64,000 bases of DNA from a virus (lineage: Duplodnaviria; Caudoviricetes), in IMG/VR virus record IMGVR_UViG_3300037067_007160, positions 32,001-96,000 of that record; one strand, given 5' to 3'. Positions 22,201-31,008 of this stretch are shown here, in pieces; the first letter of the stretch is position 1, and each line of letters opens with the position of its first letter. The notes under the pieces were generated by a model, which was given only the letters and a program-made list of their open reading frames with translations, made no database searches and was not told where the DNA came from. The position numbers were made by a program, and so were the translations under genes.

Positions 22201-23023
22201 GTTTGGACCATTCGAAGTTGGACAAGTTATCCATGACTTTAATATGGAAAGTGGATTTACCACTATGCTCATACCTAGAGCCGTCATCAATGTAAGGAAT
22301 AGGGAACGTATGTGGCATGATATAGCCCTTAATGGTCTTATTGTTCCCTACTTCAATACACGTCTCTACAAGTTTGCCCTCTTTGGTGTTGATCCTATTG
22401 GAGCTGCAGCTGGTGCATTCCTTAGCTCATCAAAGGGTATAAAGGCCGTGAAGGGAACTAGCAAACTTGGTGTAAAGGTAGCAGCTACTCTTACCAGGAA
22501 GACGCCATTTGTTGGTTCATCAGTCGAAGCTGCCCAACAACTGGGAAAGACTATAGTCGATACTGTAAAATCGTATGGGGCAAAAGCTGCAGGAGCAACT
22601 GCAAGTGCCGCTAATAAGCTGAAAGGAACGGGAAGTCTAGCTAGTTATCTAACAGAGAATAGCCTTTCTGCAACAAGACAGGCTACAGCATCAGCTGCCG
22701 TTAGAGCAAAGGCAACAGCAGCCGTTGCAAAGGGAACAAAGTTCGCTAGCAGTGTATTTGGAACTGCTGCGCAAAATGCCCTTGGTCTTACCCAAATAGC
22801 GACCTTGGCCGCTGTTGGTGTTATGTGGAGCAAATCCGTTGATAAGATTATGGGTCGTGATATAATAAACGTGACAGGACTATGGTACAACGGTGCTCCA
22901 CTAACTGCGGGCATGGAGGGTGCATATAAGGATAGTTATAGGACTCACTTCATGGATACTGTCTCCAGTTGGTTTACTATATCATCACAGCAGGATACGT
23001 TCAAGGGGTCGGCTGAACAATGA
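16268..23023 (+). CDS. giant baseplate hub-like protein (2251 aa) with N-terminal thermonuclease (SNase) domain
   Basis: VERVIDGDTF..VRLKGVNAPE..VNAEIIRRGWA..EARTNKRGLWS at N-terminus; hub-like IRMGYSND..VFFGKV and GRPSIKPFD..FEVGQVIHDF..GFTT. Confidence 0.75.
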   Translation: MLNDRISLDYTKELGEAFEKEKASRGAFTGEVERVIDGDTFVLAGRQQHVRLKGVNAPERNWSKLTSSEKKTLADVDGENSYKELQDILDGKRVKLSSVEAQSGKNHYGERITALVYTLDGTFVNAEIIRRGWAVPEPDFASQIPYDEMIMLDQAVKEARTNKRGLWSKDPGSKLLEQFIPISPTNLDPIDKLEEYRNIPGATRLGTMWLYVPPAQITITEHNSNVEWPTMRTPGTPRLRSTQQEQRIEMVVIFPNMWSINYQLRPLIAQFIRSPFLPLENDHIRSMVMPSYLNSVESVSEQLGSRFDDKTKISKLIAKRQEEEGKRIAEDLGKMSLGSVADNQYQVKQKPSATKVDDRQLFIALRNIVVATIPGTPEALQVTFTMTVFNYLPHMEKVEYLRKMPDLENQLKYLQIIANMRFPDTVNKQALNIINSCGTTTNASDSEPFKRYYKTLLSETQIGQTATPVSWVKGMMPRLSPLQSSSMYRFKFILPTNTLSAEDVARNQDEIGTLETLIQNKITEAIRARTRKLLGNDLVNDTVGQLLKSTTAVMRIYSDFLVRELPRSVKNFETKLSNKESFSVSFGDYLDANSTDLLTSIKGTMLTDKSTAYDILKAAIGDAIIGADDIIRATKRIFELDSRNVVGTKGTTMEVVVENNGSTTITGASATFSPTIVPISIVDHIMPSCQFLGRSDWMMSINLMTNDFTLVRRLATMSQVGRLSQIANERSGIRWFMVKLNSTMVPMLPNANGLFSYLGISRVLFEDCVYESVKEKPGWFNVSLRLVQSDIDMAEYESLIPTNKVRAEVVRSIINNIASGTVSSNKNKTVQRMFNTVKAVFRQSMKIFSTLSLVDATEEDIDELSDMPEVIGGTIRAMDNLEKWSEHVKKLLISKDNRYFQTDTHISGNDVDGYAIIKDEDTSAPWFFDERARISRLTFQQAINSAVITAIATDPEGILEIYDPTLAKASESQRMHAIKLLTFSSDIRTTSPLHGCYPDLELPSYTVDPLIVGPDFFYKKEERIAPEATRIVSDRLESLYKNALSTMGRVKATGEVGKKAEEAMNSLPGDIIPDIRLYSLYKQVKEQQGSEEIVNSSGSSADEVYKNVKRIMESGKITMPSDEEDKTLIDELDAQEYANVSAKEQVSMYRVSLAFRIATLQDMIKQGAEKEESVRYLTKQRDTLLEEYNAIPKYASVGTDAMQNIWGVATPSTIKRSYLYMQKAAEAKVLRARSEEVSGSLARVYPTMKLYFIEEDPHEWQLFDDYYEYSSIRSAQVVMSDDSASKVATIQISNITQRLTDAKPGLTEVSSADQTSQEQTLTSFLLREGMTIMIRMGYSNDPLLLERVFFGKVVSVSPGDTIQIVAQSFGAEFMSQVFNGEERNLGYLGTTRSHGDVLSVAMSDMDGLDHFGNRNWLEMLRLKDPTFASPTFEGFAYSNPKYKKWDYYTSIINPIKKLIQFGVYDPRFENMYIPFSGNTWSGTAQIAMTAMAASVGAPAALLAFPAYITAKIMGKETPSLSKAKGDECFDWYTTPGTTLWDMMQEMALYYEDYIVTTLPYNEDIAGWQRETIYIGPRSGYYKYTERFDDEKTASDMFKKNKEMYDLPLEFSDSNRAKQKQMVLQKMAEDRGMNGGITDGKIITYSVRNVSDPFITTRDDAGVVVATNYGGSYHPSYGYYVIIEMTDNRSVEIVREGTKNYTMVYGLSDPKDLVDIIFVNESIGQGQTLGYCDTNVKQIFIQPKTAAIPNINTVWGNYINMVEKNVDYELKQFVSVSSDATVKTSILGLPVNANVSDVTRTRPSESQKDAAKYTINIKNPEHIIDSEGKPAKGYASVVNYHWVDSRHDIIENTIMATAENLHNKVTIRFPDDPGSGTDNEFTMVADDNIKPGNLRHLIVKAPNIDPVSWEFGQKFYQLVMKNPLRAVPSVGIMPAKYTVTANILANEMRKMYGGYLRIWGRPSIKPFDVVYMNDMSNQMFGPFEVGQVIHDFNMESGFTTMLIPRAVINVRNRERMWHDIALNGLIVPYFNTRLYKFALFGVDPIGAAAGAFLSSSKGIKAVKGTSKLGVKVAATLTRKTPFVGSSVEAAQQLGKTIVDTVKSYGAKAAGATASAANKLKGTGSLASYLTENSLSATRQATASAAVRAKATAAVAKGTKFASSVFGTAAQNALGLTQIATLAAVGVMWSKSVDKIMGRDIINVTGLWYNGAPLTAGMEGAYKDSYRTHFMDTVSSWFTISSQQDTFKGSAEQ

Positions 23024-23676
23024 AGACAATTCTTGTAAAGAACTGGGTAATTGTTGAGCAGGAAAGTCCTGGAAAGAAACATCCTTCATTCTCTGTTGTC
23101 ATTGCTGATAGTGAGATTTCATCTAAGGCAATTCAGGTACGTCTTCCCTATAGTGCAGTAGCTGATACAACTATAGATCCTGAAACACATGACCTTTTTA
23201 TTGTAACTGAGAAGTTAAAGTCGAATACAACAAAGCTAAATAAAAATTCCATCTTCTTTCGAGAGAAGACGGATACTGAAGTAGGTGGTGCCCTACACCA
23301 ATCAACATTCAACAATACTCCCATAGGTTCCGTCTTTGGGACAAAGATATCAAGTAAAAGGAAGACAATAGTCGATCCTGTAACAGGATCTAATGTGACA
23401 GTCGGGCAGGAAGGAACAGCTATAGGAAGCCCTGGCAGAGAGATTCTAGCTGGTAAGAGTGGAACGATGTTCATGTCGGGAAGTCCAATAGTCCCATCTC
23501 TACCTGAACAGGATGGAATACTTATAAAGGAGAATGGTCTATCGGCCCTTATGCCTAGATGTTTCGTTCCTCCATTCTGCATGCCCCGCTTCCTACCAAA
23601 TCTACAATTTTTGGCACAGGTTACTGGTTTTATTGGACTACTTAAGGCCATCTCTGAGATTCGGAAGGAAAAATAA
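23020..23676 (+). CDS. putative baseplate spike/assembly protein
   Basis: Position between hub and gp25-like gene; translational coupling; function from synteny only. Confidence 0.45.
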   Translation: MKTILVKNWVIVEQESPGKKHPSFSVVIADSEISSKAIQVRLPYSAVADTTIDPETHDLFIVTEKLKSNTTKLNKNSIFFREKTDTEVGGALHQSTFNNTPIGSVFGTKISSKRKTIVDPVTGSNVTVGQEGTAIGSPGREILAGKSGTMFMSGSPIVPSLPEQDGILIKENGLSALMPRCFVPPFCMPRFLPNLQFLAQVTGFIGLLKAISEIRKEK

Positions 23677-24119
23677 TGATTGGGACTGATATAAAACTTA
23701 CTTATGAAGGCAGTTCTGTAATAACGAATGGAGATTTTAGTCTCGATTCTGATCTTGATAGCGCATTTACAAACCGTTTACTTAGAGCATCAAAGGGAGC
23801 ATGGCTTTATGATCCTGATATGGGAATTGGACTCCAAGACTATGCTGGTCTTCCAAACACTGCAGAAACAGGTTCTACAATAGAAGATGCTGTTGTAACT
23901 GGTTTGGCCAAGGCTGGTATAAATGCTCACTGTACTGTCTATCCAACTTCATTTGATACCGTAGCCATTGTTATAACAGTGTTTACGGCAGGTGGTACTA
24001 GAAGTGTAACTTATAGTTTTAACTATGAGGATGCCATAGTAACATATCTGGAAAGTGAGACACAGGATACAGTGTTCACGACAAGGAAATCTTCAAATAT
24101 CTATGATCAGCGGAGATAA
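23676..24119 (+). CDS. baseplate wedge gp25/W-like protein
   Basis: DIKL..NGDF..RLLRASKGAWLYDPDMGIGLQDYAG. Confidence 0.7.
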   Translation: MIGTDIKLTYEGSSVITNGDFSLDSDLDSAFTNRLLRASKGAWLYDPDMGIGLQDYAGLPNTAETGSTIEDAVVTGLAKAGINAHCTVYPTSFDTVAIVITVFTAGGTRSVTYSFNYEDAIVTYLESETQDTVFTTRKSSNIYDQRR

Positions 24120-24122
24120 TAA

Positions 24123-25325
24123 ATGGGACTAACATCAGCAGAACTATATCAAGAGGCAAAGAATAGACTACTGGCTGAGACTGATATAACAAATCTCAGC
24201 CCAGGTGGTGTAGCAAGAACTCTATTACAAGTTTATTCTGATCAGATAGGAGAATTCTATAGGTATCTTGATCAGAGAATGCTTAATGCCTACGTATCTA
24301 CAGCCCAAGGTCGCTATCTTGATATGATAGGTGAGTTGGTCAATATTAGTAGGATAGATTCTACTTTCGCCAATGGCAAGATACGATTCTATGTTAATCC
24401 AGAGACTGATACAACAGTCGATGAGATAATCGTAATGCTTAATGCACGAGATGGTGGAGCTAGAACAACGATTCCAATCCTTGCTGGAACAACAGTAAAA
24501 TCAGGAGATAGATCTTATGTAACAACCACAGATGCTATATTTACATCTGGTAGCACAGAAGTTGAAGTAGAAGTAATATCTACACTTGCTGGCTCTTTTG
24601 GAAATGTAGAACAGGGAGCAATAGATACAATCCAGTGGAATGACGCTGTTCTATCAATACTACAGGGTCTAGTCCTAGTTACGAATGATGCGCCAATAGA
24701 GTCTGCTAGAGATGTAATGACAGATGATGAGTATCGTTACTTTGTAACAAACGCTATTGTTGCTAGTGCAAAGGCTAATGAAACAGCTATTCGTCTGGCC
24801 TGCCTATCAGTTCCGGGTGTATCAGATGTTATTATCGAGCCATTTACATACGGTATAGGCACATTTGGTGTCTTCGTCATGACGACTTCTCCAATAACAA
24901 CAGATGGTACTCTGGCAGCAGTTCAACAGGCCATTAATGAGACTCAGGCCATGGGAATGAGAGGAGTAGCAACATCTCCTGATCTCATAGGAATTCAAAT
25001 GAAAATCTCACTAGAATTTCTTCCAACAACAAAGGCAGCCAGTAGGGTATCCATTACAAAACAGGTCCAGCTCAATGTTATCAACTATATAAACAATCTT
25101 AGACCTGGTGAGGAGATGGTCCTTAACGAGGCAAAGCAGCAGATCATGGATGTCTCGGAAGAGATACACGACCACGTTGTCATTTCTATTATAACAGGTG
25201 ACTATAATCTTACTACTGGAATCATAGACAACGTTGACAATACAGGTGCTATATCCAATAGGAACTGTAGTGTAAGGGAGAAGTTCGTAACTAACTCTAC
25301 CCTACTGGAAGTGTGTTATACATGA
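24123..25325 (+). CDS. baseplate J-like protein
   Basis: SPGGVARTLL..YVSTAQGRYLD..AGT.V..GSFGNVEQGAI..DDEYR..LSVPGVSDV. Confidence 0.85.
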   Translation: MGLTSAELYQEAKNRLLAETDITNLSPGGVARTLLQVYSDQIGEFYRYLDQRMLNAYVSTAQGRYLDMIGELVNISRIDSTFANGKIRFYVNPETDTTVDEIIVMLNARDGGARTTIPILAGTTVKSGDRSYVTTTDAIFTSGSTEVEVEVISTLAGSFGNVEQGAIDTIQWNDAVLSILQGLVLVTNDAPIESARDVMTDDEYRYFVTNAIVASAKANETAIRLACLSVPGVSDVIIEPFTYGIGTFGVFVMTTSPITTDGTLAAVQQAINETQAMGMRGVATSPDLIGIQMKISLEFLPTTKAASRVSITKQVQLNVINYINNLRPGEEMVLNEAKQQIMDVSEEIHDHVVISIITGDYNLTTGIIDNVDNTGAISNRNCSVREKFVTNSTLLEVCYT

Positions 25326-26233
25326 TGGAGAGCAAGGCTACAAGGCGTGCCATTCGCGCCTTTCCTATAGATTTTGAACTTACTCAAGATCCTAGTGATC
25401 AACTGAGGAAGTTTCTTGACATACCAGGAAGACAAACTACTATAGCAGGAGAGTACCTTCATAATCAACTAGACAATCTATTTATTGAAACAGCGGATCC
25501 AAATGAACCATACTACGTATATAATAGTGGTAGATATATTCCAAAGGATGCTGATCTTAGTGGATATTGGGTAGAATATATAGATGATCTAACTTCTATG
25601 GAGGTCACTGGATTTTCTCTCGATGAGACAATCTATCCATCAGGACTCACATCATCTACCATACTAGGTGTATCCTTCGCAGATGATCCTATATCAAGTG
25701 GATATCTTTATCTTACATGTGAAGGAGATAGAAATATCTATAGATATATATGGAAGGAACTATATACAAGTCCAGATATTGAAAAGACTGTTGAGGAAGA
25801 ACAATCATATGATGCAAATGGAGAGGATGAGTACCTTATCCTAGATAGGAGTTCTGTACCAGGATCTGTTGTTGCAGAACTTAGACATGAGCCAGTTGGT
25901 GACGTAACTATAATAGATGCTAAGAACTTAGCTTCTCCATGGAATCCGGAAGATTCTGAAGGAATAATAGCAAGTCAAAGCGAGATTACCGTATCAGGAA
26001 AGTATGTTATTCTTACATCTCCACGTCCAAGTTACTCTCCAGCTACAAAAGACGTTCTTGGTAATACCACCTATCCAACTGACTATCAGCCAGATCAGTA
26101 CTGGCAGTCATCATTCATAGCTGAATATGATTATTACTCACAGGAAGCTCCATATGGGATATGCCAACCAACAAATAGGCATGAGCTTGGGTTGGTGGGA
26201 GCTCCTATAGTTGCAGCAAAGGATCTTGAATAA
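25322..26233 (+). CDS. baseplate/virion structural protein
   Basis: Acidic beta-rich ORF coupled to baseplate J. Confidence 0.55.
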   Translation: MMESKATRRAIRAFPIDFELTQDPSDQLRKFLDIPGRQTTIAGEYLHNQLDNLFIETADPNEPYYVYNSGRYIPKDADLSGYWVEYIDDLTSMEVTGFSLDETIYPSGLTSSTILGVSFADDPISSGYLYLTCEGDRNIYRYIWKELYTSPDIEKTVEEEQSYDANGEDEYLILDRSSVPGSVVAELRHEPVGDVTIIDAKNLASPWNPEDSEGIIASQSEITVSGKYVILTSPRPSYSPATKDVLGNTTYPTDYQPDQYWQSSFIAEYDYYSQEAPYGICQPTNRHELGLVGAPIVAAKDLE

Positions 26234-27216
26234 TGAAGTTTACGACAACACCAGATAAGACAGCGCTAGTCTTTTCTCCATGGGAAATTCGCCCAGGTAC
26301 TCCTGTTACAGTATCATACTCTTATGTTGAGAAGAGAGAATGGACATGGGATAGTGATGCTGCATTTAACGATGTAGTTGAAGGTACTCCATATACAACA
26401 TCGGTAAAGTGTGAATATCCAATAGAAGATGACAAAATAACGATAACAGGCAGTGGAATCTATATCGATCCTATAAGTAAAGGTCTTATTGATCTAACAG
26501 TCTATGACAAACGGGAGACTTCAGCAACAATAATAGCGGTAGCAGCAATATCGAGCACAGCAGCTGATTACTATAATGACTGGTTCTATAATGAAGAGGG
26601 CGTTGCCACACCAATGACCATTGTTCCTCTTACTCTTCAACAGAATGAACAAGATTATAAACCTGAGGATTTTACTATTAGCTACTCACAGCCAGAGCGA
26701 GGAATATCCGTTATTAATGATGAAACATGGACATGTGACTCGGCTGGAACTGTGAAGATGACATCGCCGGCTGATGATTTTTCCATGTCAAGAAATCTGT
26801 TCAGAGCTGGTGTGACTGAAGTCGAAGTTCCACTTGCCTGCACTATAGAACCAATCCTTAGATATACATTTCTTAATGGTGCAAGATATAAGAAAGTTGT
26901 AGATGTTGATCTTCAGGATTGGGATGGAACTACCTATGATGTTCGTGGTATATTATGGCATAGAGACTATCTATACACACTCACTAGTGGCGGTCTCTTT
27001 AGCTTCAGTAGATGGGGAAACTTTGATACTCCCGACTTCTCATATCCAGAGGTCATAGGCAATGACCTTACATATGCCCTTGACGATAAGTTCTTAATAT
27101 CATCTGGAGGGGCTATAAAGGTATACTCGGTTCTTCACGACTTTGTTCACTACCATAAGGATACAGAGGTTATTAGACATAGGGAATATAATGCTCAGTT
27201 TAGGATAGACGAATGA
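26233..27216 (+). CDS. virion structural protein
   Basis: Coupled acidic ORF in baseplate block. Confidence 0.55.
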   Translation: MKFTTTPDKTALVFSPWEIRPGTPVTVSYSYVEKREWTWDSDAAFNDVVEGTPYTTSVKCEYPIEDDKITITGSGIYIDPISKGLIDLTVYDKRETSATIIAVAAISSTAADYYNDWFYNEEGVATPMTIVPLTLQQNEQDYKPEDFTISYSQPERGISVINDETWTCDSAGTVKMTSPADDFSMSRNLFRAGVTEVEVPLACTIEPILRYTFLNGARYKKVVDVDLQDWDGTTYDVRGILWHRDYLYTLTSGGLFSFSRWGNFDTPDFSYPEVIGNDLTYALDDKFLISSGGAIKVYSVLHDFVHYHKDTEVIRHREYNAQFRIDE

Positions 27217-27773
27217 GCAGCACATACGAGCGAGTATGGAATCAATATGATGAGATGGGACTTCTAGTAGGCATTCCTAGAATTCCCGGAGAGGGAAATG
27301 CTACCTATAGATATAGACTTCTCAATCATAGTCAATTTGACTCGACAAAGCAGGGTCTAAGTGACTATATATCAAGTTCTCTTCTTCAGAGGGAAGTAAA
27401 TGTGACTGAACGTCTTGTCTTTACTTCCCTGCGTGTTCCTCTATCATACTTTATTTATAAGACTATTGGGTCAACTGATTCCTATATAAGTCCTTCCATT
27501 ATAATAGGAGCAAATACATGGACTATAGAGGCTTCTGATGATGATCAGAAGGATGTAAGTAATATAATTAATGGTGTCTACTGGTCTCTATGGAAACAAC
27601 CTGATGGTTCATATGATCAGATATGGACAACAAATGTGGCACCAATTGGAAATATGGAACTAAAGTATCAGTGGAGAGAAAGCGACTCAACAAACCTCTA
27701 TCTTATTAGGGAACTTCCAACGTTAATGACGTGGAATAATGGTGTTATAGAGGAGGCAAATCCCGATGACTAA
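27213..27773 (+). CDS. baseplate wedge-like protein
   Basis: DEMGLLVGIPRIPGEGNATYRYRL resembles the G..R..GE....YR.R wedge motif. Confidence 0.55.
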   Translation: MSSTYERVWNQYDEMGLLVGIPRIPGEGNATYRYRLLNHSQFDSTKQGLSDYISSSLLQREVNVTERLVFTSLRVPLSYFIYKTIGSTDSYISPSIIIGANTWTIEASDDDQKDVSNIINGVYWSLWKQPDGSYDQIWTTNVAPIGNMELKYQWRESDSTNLYLIRELPTLMTWNNGVIEEANPDD

Positions 27774-28041
27774 GGAGATTCGTCTTTACAACCCAGAACT
27801 TTCAGTGAGTGAGATTGAAGATGGAATAGTCCGCATTATTGATGCAACACCATCGGATCTTATAGAAATTGGTGTAATGGATTCCGAAACAGTACCATCA
27901 GAGAAACTTACAAGAATTATTACCGCTATCTTTGGTCAACTTGGTATGACATGGAGTGGAGAAGCATCATATTGGGATCCAATGGAGAGAAGCATAGGAG
28001 GCACGGTTTTCGTATCCAATCCATGGATGAGGGTCGAGTGA
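27766..28041 (+). CDS. hypothetical protein
   Basis: Coupled ORF with RBS GAGGAGG. Confidence 0.55.
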   Translation: MTKEIRLYNPELSVSEIEDGIVRIIDATPSDLIEIGVMDSETVPSEKLTRIITAIFGQLGMTWSGEASYWDPMERSIGGTVFVSNPWMRVE

Positions 28042-28328
28042 TCTGTCACTGTGGTAACAAGATAAAAGATACGTATTGGGGTGGGTCATACCGCCACGTT
28101 TGTTGTCATTGTGGATGTTGTATAGAAAACAACATAAAGGAGTTAGAGACCGACATACCAATAACATCGGTCAACTGCCAAATGAAATATATGATAGCAA
28201 GATTAGAAGATGGAAAAAACAAGATTATTCATATCGACGATGCTGAAAAACTCATAAGAGAAGATAAGGCTGAGTGGGTTATGGATCTAAATAATGTGCG
28301 TTATCTAAGGATGAAACCTACTAAATGA
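28038..28328 (+). CDS. small Cys-rich (zinc-finger-like) protein
   Basis: GTG overlapping upstream TGA; CHCG..CCHCGCC. Confidence 0.5.
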   Translation: MICHCGNKIKDTYWGGSYRHVCCHCGCCIENNIKELETDIPITSVNCQMKYMIARLEDGKNKIIHIDDAEKLIREDKAEWVMDLNNVRYLRMKPTK

Positions 28329-30184
28329 GCGACTTTAAGTTTATCGACGACTTCGAAGACCTACGCCATTGGTCTGGAACGGGAGCTACCAACACTTCGC
28401 TCACGTTCTCCGGCTCTACGTCCGTAGATGCTGGAAATATTACAACGAAGAATACATTCTGGGATGCTGATAAATTATCAATTCGTCTATATGATAATAT
28501 GGGTTCATTCACTATGAATATTGGAATAGGTGGAACGAACATCTTATCCTTCTCTGCTAATGGAACGAACTATACATTTACAGAAGGAAATGTAACAACT
28601 ATAACTAGTGCAAGAAGTGTGAATTGGCACCTTCTTGAAATTGAGATAAAGGAAAACTATAGAATCTTCATAGATGGAACACTAGTTTTCACCTCAGATC
28701 TACCAGCAAGGCGAGGATTTGATATTAACCTCATTGGTGGCACGTGGGACAATCTTATTGTTGAAAAGACATACGAGGATGAATATATTGGTGGAACTGG
28801 AGGAAAGAAGGATCTTCAGATACAGACCCTTACTGTCAATAATGATGGAACTGTAAGTTATACACTAAATCCAGGCTACTTCTATGTCGATGATCTAGAG
28901 TACTACTACTTTGGAAATATGGGTGTTGCAGATATAGTTCCTAATCCATCGGGAGCATATACATTTCCATCTGGTCTTCCATATATACCAGGAGAACCAT
29001 ATTTTATTGTTGATGAATCCGATATAGCTATGGAAAGTGGTTATATACGAACTCCTCTGAACAGAGATTATGAAGTCATATGGAATCCAGCTACTAGTGG
29101 CTATCAACCAATGGTTAGTGGAGCATACGATGACAAACTTGTCTATGAAGCTGGAACAGAAAGATCTCTAAGCATGGTGGAGCCAATAACAAGCACGAAA
29201 CTTGTCATAACAGATGAGGGAGGAACAGCTGCTTCTGTAACGTCAGAAAGTGCCTATGTCGATTATGTAACGCTAGGATCAACATATGAGACATTTGCTG
29301 TTGTCCTCGATAAGTATGGTGGTCCAGTAGAAGATGTGACAGTATCATGGAAGAGGATAGATAGTAGTGATATTATTAGTGATCTTGGGTCCTCCACGAC
29401 GAACTCGAAGGGTGTGGCAACAAAGACCGTTGTTATCACTGAAGGTGAATCATTTCATATCTATGCTGAAATTAATCCTAATAGTAAGCCAAGATGGATA
29501 CGTGTACCAGCTACACCAGCTGAACTACGTGGTGTAATATTTCAGATGGATAATGATGAAATATATTTTGATAGCATGGAAGCAAGATGTGCGATGGGAC
29601 AAAATATATGGGGTGATACATGGGGAACAAATCCAGGAGAGGCTACTGGATTAGGCTTCCCATTTCCTACTACACACGCCCAATGGGAACTTGAAAATCC
29701 AGAACAGGAAAGACCTCCAATGAATGAGGTCATAGCAACTAATGAAACGACTGGAGCATGGAGTGCACAGGATTTTAATACTATTTATCCAAATGTTGTT
29801 ATAGACGGAGCTGGTACCCTACAACCTTTCATGAATAATATGAGAGTTGCTAGGAATGGTTACTGGGGTCCTTTACTCGTATCAGGCGCTGATATAAGAA
29901 CTGATGTAACTGTTGCATCAGGTCAGATCGTAAATCATGATGATGAATATGAGATAGATAGGGACTATGCTGTAACATCAGGTACATATCTTGATGTCTA
30001 TACAGCAGTTGGAGCATACGACTCTGTCTACTATGTCTTCTATCAGTCAGGTTCTGAGTATGTTGCTGGTTCCTATAATCCAGCTGGTAACTTCTACTTT
30101 AGAGGAGTTGCTCTCTATGACGCAACACTTAGTCAAACCAATAGTAGAATAACGGATCTACTATCATCTGCGGAGTTAGAATAA
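28325..30184 (+). CDS. virion structural protein with lectin-like and Ig-like segments
   Basis: WHLLEIE..IFIDG (LamG-like); VLDKYGGPVEDVTVSW..TTNSKGVA (Ig-like). Confidence 0.55.
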   Translation: MSDFKFIDDFEDLRHWSGTGATNTSLTFSGSTSVDAGNITTKNTFWDADKLSIRLYDNMGSFTMNIGIGGTNILSFSANGTNYTFTEGNVTTITSARSVNWHLLEIEIKENYRIFIDGTLVFTSDLPARRGFDINLIGGTWDNLIVEKTYEDEYIGGTGGKKDLQIQTLTVNNDGTVSYTLNPGYFYVDDLEYYYFGNMGVADIVPNPSGAYTFPSGLPYIPGEPYFIVDESDIAMESGYIRTPLNRDYEVIWNPATSGYQPMVSGAYDDKLVYEAGTERSLSMVEPITSTKLVITDEGGTAASVTSESAYVDYVTLGSTYETFAVVLDKYGGPVEDVTVSWKRIDSSDIISDLGSSTTNSKGVATKTVVITEGESFHIYAEINPNSKPRWIRVPATPAELRGVIFQMDNDEIYFDSMEARCAMGQNIWGDTWGTNPGEATGLGFPFPTTHAQWELENPEQERPPMNEVIATNETTGAWSAQDFNTIYPNVVIDGAGTLQPFMNNMRVARNGYWGPLLVSGADIRTDVTVASGQIVNHDDEYEIDRDYAVTSGTYLDVYTAVGAYDSVYYVFYQSGSEYVAGSYNPAGNFYFRGVALYDATLSQTNSRITDLLSSAELE

Positions 30185-31008
30185 TGCCTACACTTACATA
30201 TATAACACCAATAAGAACTTGGGAAGTTAGAGAAATCCTTAGTGCCTCCGCTCTAATGAGTGAGATTTACTCAAAGATTCAGGTTCTTAATACAAATCTT
30301 GAGACTATAAATACCCACCAAATAAATCTCCTTAAAGGAGCTGATGGTGGAGCTGAGCAGGCAAAAATACCATTCCATCATGCGACAGCACCAACTGGAT
30401 GGACAAGAGATGCCACATTTACTAATGATGTAATGCTACGTGTGACAGACGGATCAACGGTACCACCAGGAGCTGATCCAAATGTTAATGGTGGTGGACA
30501 TGGTGGAGGATGGACAATAACTGGTGTATCTTTATCTACACCATCAGATCACTCACATACAATGTCACATACGCATGATCTACAAAATCATACGCATGCT
30601 ACAGTACTACACTCACATACACATACAAGTCATTCACATAGTCTTACTGTAGATGGTGCTTATAGTCACTCTGTTCCCGCTGCTGGTGTAACAACGGGTG
30701 GACCAACAGCTCTAGATAGCATATTAATCGCAAGTTATCCAATAGCATCAAACTCACATACACACTATGATGCACATGGACACACTATTCACCACGCTAG
30801 TGGATACATGGTTCCCTTTTCTCTTGGTACAGCAAGTCCAGCAACAACATCAGAAACTACAGGAACAACAGCAACGCCATCAACAAATACAAGTGGGGAT
30901 TCCTCTGTTGGTTCCACCGATTCTAAAAACATAGGAGTTCATAGTATAACGCATGATGGTATATGGCGCCCAGCATATTCAGATATTCTAATGTGTAAGA
31001 GGGACTAA
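30184..31008 (+). CDS. His-rich tail fibre protein (collar plus HxH needle)
   Basis: F...TAPTGWTR collar motif, many HxH motifs, C-terminal WRPAY..C.RD. Confidence 0.7.
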   Translation: MPTLTYITPIRTWEVREILSASALMSEIYSKIQVLNTNLETINTHQINLLKGADGGAEQAKIPFHHATAPTGWTRDATFTNDVMLRVTDGSTVPPGADPNVNGGGHGGGWTITGVSLSTPSDHSHTMSHTHDLQNHTHATVLHSHTHTSHSHSLTVDGAYSHSVPAAGVTTGGPTALDSILIASYPIASNSHTHYDAHGHTIHHASGYMVPFSLGTASPATTSETTGTTATPSTNTSGDSSVGSTDSKNIGVHSITHDGIWRPAYSDILMCKRD

